Assembly (NCBI GenBank): GCA_964446015.1
Contig: CAYUMT010000003.1
Location: 4,251 to 42,959, forward strand
Direction: 5' to 3'
Length of the DNA: 38,709 nt
DNA from: Candidatus Hadarchaeota archaeon
GTDB taxonomy: Archaea > Hadarchaeota > Hadarchaeia > Hadarchaeales > Hadarchaeaceae
Below, piece by piece: positions 25,201-32,044 of this stretch. Positions within the stretch are counted from its first letter, which is position 1. Each line of letters starts with the position of its first letter. The notes beneath the pieces are model-generated. The model was given only the letters and a program-made list of their open reading frames with translations. It was not told where the DNA came from and made no database searches. The translations under genes were made by a program, and so were the position numbers.

Positions 25201-26406
25201 TTATTTTCTCCTCTTTCGCAAGAAATAGTAAACAATCAGAGCGGCAACCACGATGATGAGTGCTATTTGCCAAATAGGAATTCCAACCGTATTTCCAATT
25301 TCGCCGATGGAAAGTACGCTTAAGTCAACGGTTTTAGTCTCTGTGAATTCCTTACCGAATGGATCTTGATACACCAGCTCAAAACTTACGGGATAAATAC
25401 CCTTTGCAGTTTTTTCACTAACTTTGAAGGACATTTTTTCGGTGTCATAGTCATCCGACTTTAAATCGCCTATATAAATATTGTTCGGGATAATCTCCTC
25501 TAAAAATGGAGAATCCGGAATCCTTAGTTGCAGAAATTGGGCCTCAATGGTCCCAGCATTAGCTATCTTTATCTCCATAGTGCCCTTCATGCCGCTTGCC
25601 ACTTTATCTTGCGAGTCTAGCGTGACTATCAAGTTAAGTTTTCCATAAACCTTTATCCCGGCTGATTCTCTACCTGTAAAAATCTCATTCTTTGTTTCAT
25701 CCTTATAATTAAACAATATCGGGATGGAGTAAGAACCCGCGCTCAAATCTTGGCTTATGGTGAGGGAAAAAGAAACCTTGGTGGAACTGCCCACCGGCAA
25801 ATCTCCGATGTACTTCTCGCTCAAGTCTGCGGTAAAAATCCCACCAGTTTGATCTAGCGAGACTATCAAATCCTTTGCGAGTCCATCGCCGTAATTTTTT
25901 GCATCGAAGGAGATCGTCACATTGCTGCCTGGTTCAATTGTGGATGGGCTGTAGTTTATGCCTGCAACTTTCAAAAGCGGGGTTGCCCTTATTATCACAG
26001 GAACCCATAACGTAAGGTTCTTTTCATCGGCGGTAACGCTACCGACGTGGAAAGTCGAGCTTACCTGTATGTAAGATGTGCCGGATTTTGCGTTATCACT
26101 AGCTTTAATCTTTATTGAGGTATATTGGGCAGTCGTAGGGTTGATGCTGTTTAAGCTGAAGTGAGCCGGTGAAACGGTGAGGCTTGGGTCCGCATCAAAA
26201 TAAAAATGCACGTCATAGATCCTAGTGGTAAGAGGGTTTTCAATGGTCAGTAATAGTGCCGTTTCGCCACTTGGTCTTAAGAAATTATCAAGCAGTCGCC
26301 AATTTACATTCAATGAACCATCATCCGCAGAAATCGGACCCGCGCTGGCTAGAACTACCGATAGGAGTAGTATAGAGGCCAGTGCCAAGATTAATACATT
26401 TTTCAC
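25201..26406 (-). CDS. secreted, C-terminally anchored cell-surface protein with repeated CARDB/COG1361-like beta-sandwich domains
   Basis: Signal peptide MKNVLILALASILLLSVVLASA, three similar about-110-aa beta-rich repeats (..PGSNVTISFDAKNYG.., ..GTMEIKIANAG..), and a C-terminal TM helix followed by RKRRK. Confidence 0.75.
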   Translation of the reverse strand: MKNVLILALASILLLSVVLASAGPISADDGSLNVNWRLLDNFLRPSGETALLLTIENPLTTRIYDVHFYFDADPSLTVSPAHFSLNSINPTTAQYTSIKIKASDNAKSGTSYIQVSSTFHVGSVTADEKNLTLWVPVIIRATPLLKVAGINYSPSTIEPGSNVTISFDAKNYGDGLAKDLIVSLDQTGGIFTADLSEKYIGDLPVGSSTKVSFSLTISQDLSAGSYSIPILFNYKDETKNEIFTGRESAGIKVYGKLNLIVTLDSQDKVASGMKGTMEIKIANAGTIEAQFLQLRIPDSPFLEEIIPNNIYIGDLKSDDYDTEKMSFKVSEKTAKGIYPVSFELVYQDPFGKEFTETKTVDLSVLSIGEIGNTVGIPIWQIALIIVVAALIVYYFLRKRRK

Positions 26407-26407
26407 G

Positions 26408-27103
26408 TTATCTCCTCTCCTCCTTTACTATCTGACCGTCTTTTAAATAAACTGACCTATTTGTTTTTCCTGCTATATATGTATCATGGGTAACGATTAC
26501 TAAGGTCACCCCCTTTTCCTCGTTCAATCTCAGAAGCAGATCAATGATATCCCTCCCTGAGGCGGAATCTAAATTGCCAGTCGGCTCATCTGCAAGGATG
26601 ATTTTTGGCTCGTTTGCGATGGACCTAGCTATGGCGACCCGTTGTCTTTCTCCCCCGCTTAATTCAGATGGTTTATGCTTCATCCTTTCAGTCAAGTTTA
26701 CCAGCTTCAGAAGCTCCTTCCCTCTGTCTCTTCTCTCACGCTCCCCTCTGCCCGCAAACATCATCGGCAATTCGACGTTTTCCAGTGCAGTTAAAGTTGG
26801 GATCAAATAAAAGAACTGAAAGACGAATCCAACTTTATTCCTCCTTATTTCGGCCAATTTTGAGTTATTGAGCTTTGAGGTATCTACTCCATCTATAAAA
26901 ATTTTGCCGTTTGTAGGCTTGTCTAAACAACCTATCAAATGAAGGAGGGTGGACTTCCCCGAACCGGAGGGCCCTATTATTGAGAGGTTTTCCGACGGCG
27001 CTATATCCAAACTTATTTTATTTAACGCCCTAAACTCCACTTTGCCCATGTCGTAGATTTTGCTGACACCGCGTACGCTGACGACTTCGCTCATCTTGTT
27101 CAC
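26408..27103 (-). CDS. ABC transporter ATP-binding protein (MacB/LolD-like)
   Basis: GPSGSGKST Walker A, LSGGERQRVAIAR signature, ILADEPTGNLD Walker B. Confidence 0.93.
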   Translation of the reverse strand: MNKMSEVVSVRGVSKIYDMGKVEFRALNKISLDIAPSENLSIIGPSGSGKSTLLHLIGCLDKPTNGKIFIDGVDTSKLNNSKLAEIRRNKVGFVFQFFYLIPTLTALENVELPMMFAGRGERERRDRGKELLKLVNLTERMKHKPSELSGGERQRVAIARSIANEPKIILADEPTGNLDSASGRDIIDLLLRLNEEKGVTLVIVTHDTYIAGKTNRSVYLKDGQIVKEERR

Positions 27104-27110
27104 CAGATTA

Positions 27111-27362
27111 TTATTTCGTGTTACTCAAAATCATTTTTCCAAATTGCTTCCGCAGTTTTTCTAACTCTTTTTGCATATGTAACAGTGTTTCTGGTTTCAC
27201 TACTCCAAATCCTTCCCCCTTTGGCCCGCTGATGAACATCAGCGTGTCGCCTGTCTTGATATTAGAATCTTTCCTTAACTTGACAGGTATCACTATTTGC
27301 CCCTTTATCCCCACGGTGGCGGAGCCGTAGAACTTGGCCCCAAATTCTTCTTTCTTCTTCAT
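27111..27362 (-). CDS. AbrB/MazE/SpoVT-family DNA-binding protein
   Basis: The start is set at MKKKEEFGAKFYGSATVGIKGQIVIPVKLRKDSNIKTGD.LMF (SpoVT-AbrB swapped-hairpin motif). The 36 codons upstream in the track ORF cross the promoter and operator. Confidence 0.8.
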   Translation of the reverse strand: MKKKEEFGAKFYGSATVGIKGQIVIPVKLRKDSNIKTGDTLMFISGPKGEGFGVVKPETLLHMQKELEKLRKQFGKMILSNTK

Positions 27363-27386
27363 CTTACCACTCCTTAAACTTATCCT

Positions 27387-27410
27387 ACTTGTTATACATA
27401 TTATACAAGT
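27387..27410. promoter_or_regulatory. candidate operator upstream of the AbrB-ABC operon
   Basis: ACTTG-TTATACA-TA-TTATACA-AGT: 6-bp inverted arms (ACTTGT/ACAAGT) enclose a direct TTATACA repeat. It is adjacent to a minus-strand TTTTTATAC TATA-like box. Confidence 0.35.
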
Positions 27411-27483
27411 ATAAAAAGTTTTCTGTATGCGGTTTAGTTGACTTAAATTCGATTTCTGTAGCAGAATCAAGGAAGTGATAAGC

Positions 27484-27499
27484 AGAATTGGTGCGGCCG
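27484..27499 (-). repeat. distal copy of tRNA 3'-end direct repeat (att-like)
   Basis: The minus strand reads CCGGCCGCACCAATTC, identical to the last 12 nt of the tRNA at 31485-31581 plus 4 nt of flank. Confidence 0.6.
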
Positions 27500-27609
27500 G
27501 ATAGCTCTATACCGTCGTTTAAACCGTCAAAACTTTTCTGAGCAGTTTTTGGGCAAGAATTGGGCGGAATTCGGGTAGGGTTTTTGCGAGGGCTGGTCTC
27601 TTAGGAGTT

Positions 27610-27637
27610 CGGGGGCTGAAATCCCCTCCCCCGCATC
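27610..27637 (+). repeat. tRNA 3'-fragment-like repeat, copy A
   Basis: GGGGGCTGAAATCCCCTCCCCCGCATCA is 24/28 identical to copy B. It folds like a T-arm plus acceptor 3' strand, but the T-loop is degenerate. Confidence 0.5.
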
Positions 27638-27730
27638 ACGCTCAAACATCGGAAACGCATCGCAAAGTACGCGTCTGGAAATCCCGTTATCTTAAAGAAG
27701 TAGCTGGCTTATTAGTTGAAGTGATCGAAC

Positions 27731-28516
27731 ATGAGCCCAATTGACATGTTGATTTTTGCTTTTTGCTCTGTTCTGTTTCTGACGGTGTTTCTCGGCTCAT
27801 TTCGGCTGAAGATCCCGCGGAAGGTGAGCACCGAAGGAATCGAAGATCCTCGGGCAGCGGAGGCGTATGATCGCATAAGCCGCATGCCACAATTTGGGTT
27901 GATTAGGCGGAGTTTCGTGAAGAAACTGAAGATGCATGCCGTTGAGGGATCAATCACGGACGTTGGATGCGGTCCGGGGTATCTTTTGCTGGTCATGGCC
28001 AAGGATTTGCCAGGGCACAAGTTGGTAGGTGTAGACATCTCAAAGGAGATGGTGGAAAGAGCAATGGCTAACTTTAATTCAATGGGTCTCGGCGAGAGGG
28101 TTGAGTTCAAGTTAGGCTCCGCTGATCACTTGCCTTTCGACGATGACACTCAAGACTTCATAGTAAGCACCCTGTCGCTTCACCATTGGGCTGATCCTCA
28201 ATCCGCATTCAATGAGATTTACCGTGTCCTGAAACCTGGCGGACAGATGTTGATACTCGATCTAAGGAGGGACGCTCGACTGCTATTCTTTTGGTTTATG
28301 TGGTTCGTTCAAAACGTGGGGCTTAGGGTGATTGGCGCGGATGTGATGAGAAAGATCAATGAACCAAAGGGTTCCCTGATCGCCAGCTATACTAGTCAGG
28401 AGATCGAAGAAATGATGTCGAAGACTCGCTTTAAAGAGTACAAAATCGAAGGAAAGCTGGGATGGATCTACCTCTGGGGAAAAAAGGATTTGGTGGCTCA
28501 CCTCGGAGAAAATTGA
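27731..28516 (+). CDS. membrane-anchored class I SAM-dependent methyltransferase (UbiE/Methyltransf_11-like)
   Basis: N-terminal TM helix LIFAFCSVLFLTVFLGSF, motif I ITDVGCGPGYLL, VGVDIS, LPFDDDTQDFIVSTLSLHHW and LKPGGQMLILDL. Confidence 0.85.
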   Translation: MSPIDMLIFAFCSVLFLTVFLGSFRLKIPRKVSTEGIEDPRAAEAYDRISRMPQFGLIRRSFVKKLKMHAVEGSITDVGCGPGYLLLVMAKDLPGHKLVGVDISKEMVERAMANFNSMGLGERVEFKLGSADHLPFDDDTQDFIVSTLSLHHWADPQSAFNEIYRVLKPGGQMLILDLRRDARLLFFWFMWFVQNVGLRVIGADVMRKINEPKGSLIASYTSQEIEEMMSKTRFKEYKIEGKLGWIYLWGKKDLVAHLGEN

Positions 28517-28666
28517 AATAAGACACTGGCGCCACGGTGCTGGGTGCAAAACCGTTTGAAAACGCTGCGATCAAAACACATGAACCGTAATAACGCACTA
28601 TTATCGACAACGTCGTATCAAAAGTAGTCGCACCGCCCGAAGCTACAGGCGCGTATTTGGTCGGGG

Positions 28667-29740
28667 CTAAGCTATCGTCAGGCACCGTTGCGGACACTGC
28701 CGAACGCAGGCCCCACAGTTTACGCATTCGTTGACCTGAACGATTCTTGCCTTGCGACGAATGAAGTCGATCTCATAAACGCCTTTAGGGCAAACCTCAT
28801 AGCATAAGGCGCAACCATCGCATCTTTCTTCGTCTAACTGAATGCTGCCGTAAGCGCCGAGGGGATACACTCCGGTGAGGAAAGGCATTCGCCTGTAACC
28901 ACGGCGATAAAAAAGTTCGCCCAGGTCGCTTTTGTGGGTGGGCGAGGTGCCGTTGAAATCGACACCTATCACCACTGAGACCAGCGCTGAGGCTATCATC
29001 AGGTACTGCAGGCCAAGCGGGTCTCCGACCAAGACCGCTGAAAAAACAACAATACTTAGGATGGAAACTATTTCAGCCAGAATCACTTTGACGAATCCCG
29101 ATCTCACCGGGATGTGCGGGAAGGCAATATAGATCGAATAGATCATGAGCCCTGCTAATGCAACGATGGACAGATAAAGATTTGAGAAGAAGATCAGCAA
29201 CGGTAGGGAGAGAATTAGTACAATCATCGCAAAATAAATTGTGGCCATTTCGAGCCTATCTTTCAAGTTAAACTCCACAAAACGCATTTTATCAGTTTTT
29301 CGAAAGTTTCTCCTGACGTACTCGGGGATGTCTCCTGAGTAGACCGGGCCAAATTGCACGTTCCACCCGGTTTCCTCTTTCACCTTTTTGACGTCTATGC
29401 CCGGAGCACTTAATTGAGGGGCTATTAGCGTTTTGTGCTTCACCTTGTTATCGATACCGCTGGTCTTTATCGCCGAAATAACTGAAAATTCGTTGAAGTC
29501 TCCACCGCACGATCCGCACCAGACGTTTATTCCCCTTGACCCAGCAACCAGTAAGTAACAGTCTAAGTCTTGAAGATGTTTGGAAACCCGCCTGACCGTC
29601 AGGTCGTAGTTGCAGGTTAAAATAACGGGGCTGTTTTCATCGGGATTTCCAAAGACCCTCAGTCCGGGTTCAACTGGAAAAGGAACCCACCTAAGCAGGT
29701 TTTCTACGGGCAACTTGATGGCATATTTCAATTTCATCAT
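28667..29740 (-). CDS. HgcA-HgcB-like fusion protein (corrinoid-binding domain + 4 TM helices + 2x[4Fe-4S] ferredoxin domain)
   Basis: GNPDENSPVILTCNYDLT..., GINVWCGSCGGDF at the position of the HgcA cap-helix motif N(V/I)WCA(A/G)GK, APQLSAPG and FGPVYSGDIP. Four hydrophobic helices follow, then CDGCALCYEVCP and CVNCGACVRQCP. Confidence 0.8.
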   Translation of the reverse strand: MMKLKYAIKLPVENLLRWVPFPVEPGLRVFGNPDENSPVILTCNYDLTVRRVSKHLQDLDCYLLVAGSRGINVWCGSCGGDFNEFSVISAIKTSGIDNKVKHKTLIAPQLSAPGIDVKKVKEETGWNVQFGPVYSGDIPEYVRRNFRKTDKMRFVEFNLKDRLEMATIYFAMIVLILSLPLLIFFSNLYLSIVALAGLMIYSIYIAFPHIPVRSGFVKVILAEIVSILSIVVFSAVLVGDPLGLQYLMIASALVSVVIGVDFNGTSPTHKSDLGELFYRRGYRRMPFLTGVYPLGAYGSIQLDEERCDGCALCYEVCPKGVYEIDFIRRKARIVQVNECVNCGACVRQCPQRCLTIA

Positions 29741-30414
29741 CTCTCCCCCTTTAAAGCCACGATCAGCTCTAAAGAGTCTAAGAGATACCGAGAAGTGTGC
29801 TCAATTTTGAAATGTGCGGCAGTGATTTTTTGTTCTATGTTTTTTAGAGGTCTTGTAGTTGTCTGGGTGAAAAGGTAGGCCAAAGACGCTAATGGAAGCC
29901 GAATAAGATAATACAGAAACTTTTTTCCATGCGATCTAGGTTTAACCTCGTCCGCAATGATGATTTTACCATTGGATTTCAATATGCGAAAGGATTCCTT
30001 GAGCGCGAAGCGTTGCTCATCTTCAGACAACTCACTAAAAACAAGGTTACCTACCACTTTATCGAAGGAACGGTCGGGAATATGCTTGTCCATCTCAACA
30101 ACGCTCATATTTTTCAAATCGATATTTCCTGTAAGTTGCGCCTGTTCAACTTTGCTTTCAGCAATTTCTAACATCTTTTTAGAGGTGTCGATTCCCGTCA
30201 CATATGCTCCACGTTCAGCGCACAAAATTGCCAACGTTCCTGTCCCAACGCCTATTTCGAACACTTGGTCGTTTTTTGAAATGAAGCGCGACGCTATCTC
30301 CTCCTCGACCAGCCGCGCGTTTCCAAAGGTAATTAGATTAATTCCTGTATCGTAGCGTCTTTCAGAAGACTCCAGTAGCTTCATCAACACGTAACTGCAC
30401 ATGTCCCCACGCAC
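29737..30414 (-). CDS. class I SAM-dependent methyltransferase, translationally coupled to the HgcAB-like gene (CpaM-like, corrinoid-protein-associated)
   Basis: Motif I VFEIGVGTGTLAI, GIDTS..ML, FDKVVGNLVFSEL and LKSNGKIIIADE. The stop overlaps the HgcAB-like start (ATGA). The true start may be the internal ATG at 30402 or 30384 (MKLLESSERRYD). Confidence 0.8.
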   Translation of the reverse strand: MRGDMCSYVLMKLLESSERRYDTGINLITFGNARLVEEEIASRFISKNDQVFEIGVGTGTLAILCAERGAYVTGIDTSKKMLEIAESKVEQAQLTGNIDLKNMSVVEMDKHIPDRSFDKVVGNLVFSELSEDEQRFALKESFRILKSNGKIIIADEVKPRSHGKKFLYYLIRLPLASLAYLFTQTTTRPLKNIEQKITAAHFKIEHTSRYLLDSLELIVALKGER

Positions 30415-30664
30415 AACGAATTACTTTATGAAAACCAGGATTTATCGATTTCTTTAGGGCTTCCGTCTCACAGGTATTTGAGGCCTGTTTTTAACTCGGG
30501 GATATAAATGTGTGAACCAATCCCAACATGGGCTTGCTTCGTCAAATTAGGTAGATTTAAGGGGCAATGGAAATCCCATTGAACATTGTTGGAATTAACA
30601 TGGTGCATTTCCGTAAAATTGTGGGTACAAATCTAAGTGGTAAAATCCAAACTAAACCGAAAAC

Positions 30665-31237
30665 TCAAACTTTCTTTATCTTTGATAACCCTATGTATCT
30701 CGGCGTCTTTGATTGGTATGAAAGGTATTTTTCTCCAAATATGCGCTCGAGATAAGGTTCTTCTATTCGGGTAATGTAGAAATGGAAAAGGATGATGCCT
30801 ATCATTGTGTACAAAAGAGCTAGCCATGAACCGCCGATAATCGATATACCTGAGAGCACCAAGAACCAACCAAGGTACTGGGGATTCCTGCTCCATCGAT
30901 AAATACCTGTAGTAACAAGCTCTGAATTGTCCAATCCTGAGATCCTGCGCATAGAGCGGAACTCAATCATCCCCGCCAACATGACGACCACACCAATTCC
31001 AAGCATAACTGAGCCGCCTGTTAACGCAACCGCATTATCGATCGGTATCGGCCAAACAGTGTACAATGATGACGAGACCACCAAGAAAAAGTGAACCGCA
31101 TCTAAAACCCACCAACCAAATGAAATTCCTACCGGTAATGCTTTTCCACTGTCATAAGTCCTTTTAGTCTTCAAAAAAACATACAAACCTAACACCACCA
31201 AAATTCCTGAGACTACATAGAGCACATAAAACAACAT
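30665..31237 (-). CDS. ICMT/PEMT-family integral-membrane methyltransferase
   Basis: About 5 TM helices, and the C-terminal block LVTTGIYRWSRNPQYLGWFL......EEPYLER.FGE.Y..Y....PRYIG typical of isoprenylcysteine carboxyl / phospholipid methyltransferases. Confidence 0.85.
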   Translation of the reverse strand: MLFYVLYVVSGILVVLGLYVFLKTKRTYDSGKALPVGISFGWWVLDAVHFFLVVSSSLYTVWPIPIDNAVALTGGSVMLGIGVVVMLAGMIEFRSMRRISGLDNSELVTTGIYRWSRNPQYLGWFLVLSGISIIGGSWLALLYTMIGIILFHFYITRIEEPYLERIFGEKYLSYQSKTPRYIGLSKIKKV

Positions 31238-31434
31238 TTCGCAACCTCTGCTAAGTTATTTCATCTGGCACTTTTAATTTTGATTGTATATTCATGCAAC
31301 GGCATCGAGGAACTGCAAGGGAGTTCACCGATATGTTTTGTCAAGTTCTCTATATTCTAGGAGATTTTCCGTAAATCCCCTGAAGGGTACAAATCCGGGC
31401 TCAAACACAAAATACCCCAATTTTACCAGTAAAA

Positions 31435-31462
31435 GGGGGCGCGAATCCCCTCCCCCGCACCA
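31435..31462 (+). repeat. tRNA 3'-fragment-like repeat, copy B
   Basis: GGGGGCGCGAATCCCCTCCCCCGCACCA reads as T-stem/loop/stem + CCCCCGC + A + CCA. No matching 5' acceptor strand (GCGGGGG) lies nearby. Confidence 0.5.
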
Positions 31463-31480
31463 TTAAATTTGTGTGTGCTT

Positions 31481-31496
31481 GAATTGGTGCGGCCGG
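31481..31496 (-). repeat. proximal copy of the 16-bp direct repeat (inside and abutting the tRNA 3' end)
   Basis: GAATTGGTGCGGCCGG, identical to 27484-27499. Confidence 0.6.
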
Positions 31497-31581
31497 CGGG
31501 ATTCGAACCCGCGCTACAGGCTTGGAGGGCCTGAGTCCATTGGCAGCTTTTTTAGCTTTAGCCAGGCTGGACCACGGCCGC
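31485..31581 (-). tRNA. tRNA-Gly(UCC)-like gene with encoded CCA and an about 18-20-nt insertion in the D-loop (candidate non-canonical intron)
   Basis: The minus strand reads GCGGCCG-UG-GUCC-[AGCCUGGCUAAAGCUAAAAAAGCUGCCAAU]-GGAC-U-CAGGC-CCUCCAA-GCCUG-UAGC-GCGGG-UUCGAAU-CCCGC-CGGCCGC-A-CCA. The pairs are 7/7 acceptor, 4/4 D, 5/5 anticodon and 5/5 T. The anticodon call assumes a 7-nt loop, which puts C at position 33. Confidence 0.8.
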
Positions 31582-31604
31582 ACAATTTATTCGTCCATCC
31601 AGCC

Positions 31605-31612
31605 TAAAATAT
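31605..31612 (-). promoter_or_regulatory. TATA-box candidate for the tRNA gene
   Basis: The minus strand reads GCATATTTTAGG, 24-31 nt upstream of the tRNA 5' end. Confidence 0.35.
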
Positions 31613-31806
31613 GCTTTTTTAGGGACTTCCAAGCATGTGTACGATTACCCCAATCGCAGCCGAAAGTATAAATAGCAGGATTATGAGCAATGCAAAAATC
31701 GTCTTTGTCCTTTCTGAAATAACAATTCCCCCTTAGATTATTGTTTTAAGCATGTCATTATATAAGCCATTGTGCAACGGGCCGATCACGGCTAAGGTGG
31801 CATAAA

Positions 31807-32019
31807 ATGGCAATAGAGGGATACTCGGGTTATAAAAGCAGGGAATATTGCAAGGATGTGAAGTGTCCCGTGCAGCTGGAACTAAACACCAAAACGCCTG
31901 GCTCTGAGGATTACGAGAAAGTAAGGCTGAAGTGTAGAACGACATGCAAACATACCACATGGGAGTTCCACCACTGGTTGATAGAAAAAGGATATTTAAT
32001 CGTCAGACAAGAGAAATAG
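31807..32019 (+). CDS. small Cys/His-rich hypothetical protein (70 aa)
   Basis: CKDVKC...CRTTCKH..W.FHHW gives four Cys plus several His, possibly a metal site. The ORF ends about 25 nt before the aldolase start. I recognise no family. Confidence 0.45.
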   Translation: MAIEGYSGYKSREYCKDVKCPVQLELNTKTPGSEDYEKVRLKCRTTCKHTTWEFHHWLIEKGYLIVRQEK

Positions 32020-32044
32020 GTGAGGTGTTTTTGTGGAATGGGGA

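Larger units (their letters stand above)
27484..31496. mobile_element. putative integrated-element remnant or genomic islet bounded by tRNA-3'-end direct repeats; no integrase present
   Basis: The exact 16-mer GAATTGGTGCGGCCGG occurs at 27484-27499 and again at 31481-31496, where it is the 3' end (with CCA) of the minus-strand tRNA plus 4 flanking nt. A second tRNA-like repeat pair is nested inside. Confidence 0.4.

Noticed and set aside
27585-27637. Possibility that the GGGGG...CCCCUCCCCCGCA(C/U)CA elements (also 31435-31462) are functional tRNAs or 3' halves of split tRNA genes.
   Set aside because: The T-loops (CUGAAAU, CGCGAAU) lack the conserved U54-U55-C56. No GCGGGGG 5' acceptor strand exists nearby; the only GCGGGGG in the window lies inside hypD. 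Copy A ends in UCA rather than CCA. The best partial pairing (GCGAGGG) leaves only 18 nt for the D and anticodon arms. I treat them as decayed tRNA or att fragments. A split-tRNA role cannot be excluded without the rest of the genome.
27500-31480. Search for an integrase, excisionase or split SSV-type int fragments at the islet borders.
   Set aside because: The only ORFs abutting the repeats (for example 31284-31466) have low-complexity, non-integrase-like translations. I saw no tyrosine-recombinase RHRY-type blocks, so no mobility gene is reported.
31284-31583. Track ORFs 31284-31466 (+) and 31401-31583 (-).
   Set aside because: They overlap the tRNA gene and the tRNA-derived repeats, and their translations are low-complexity (Pro/Arg/Ser-rich). 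They are spurious.
31630-31735. Minus-strand hydrophobic mini-ORF (...ISERTKTIFALLIILLFILSAAIGVIVHMLGSP) downstream of a GGGGGA SD-like motif.
   Set aside because: No canonical start codon lies upstream of the hydrophobic segment, only ATT or an internal TTG giving about 24 aa. This is insufficient support.
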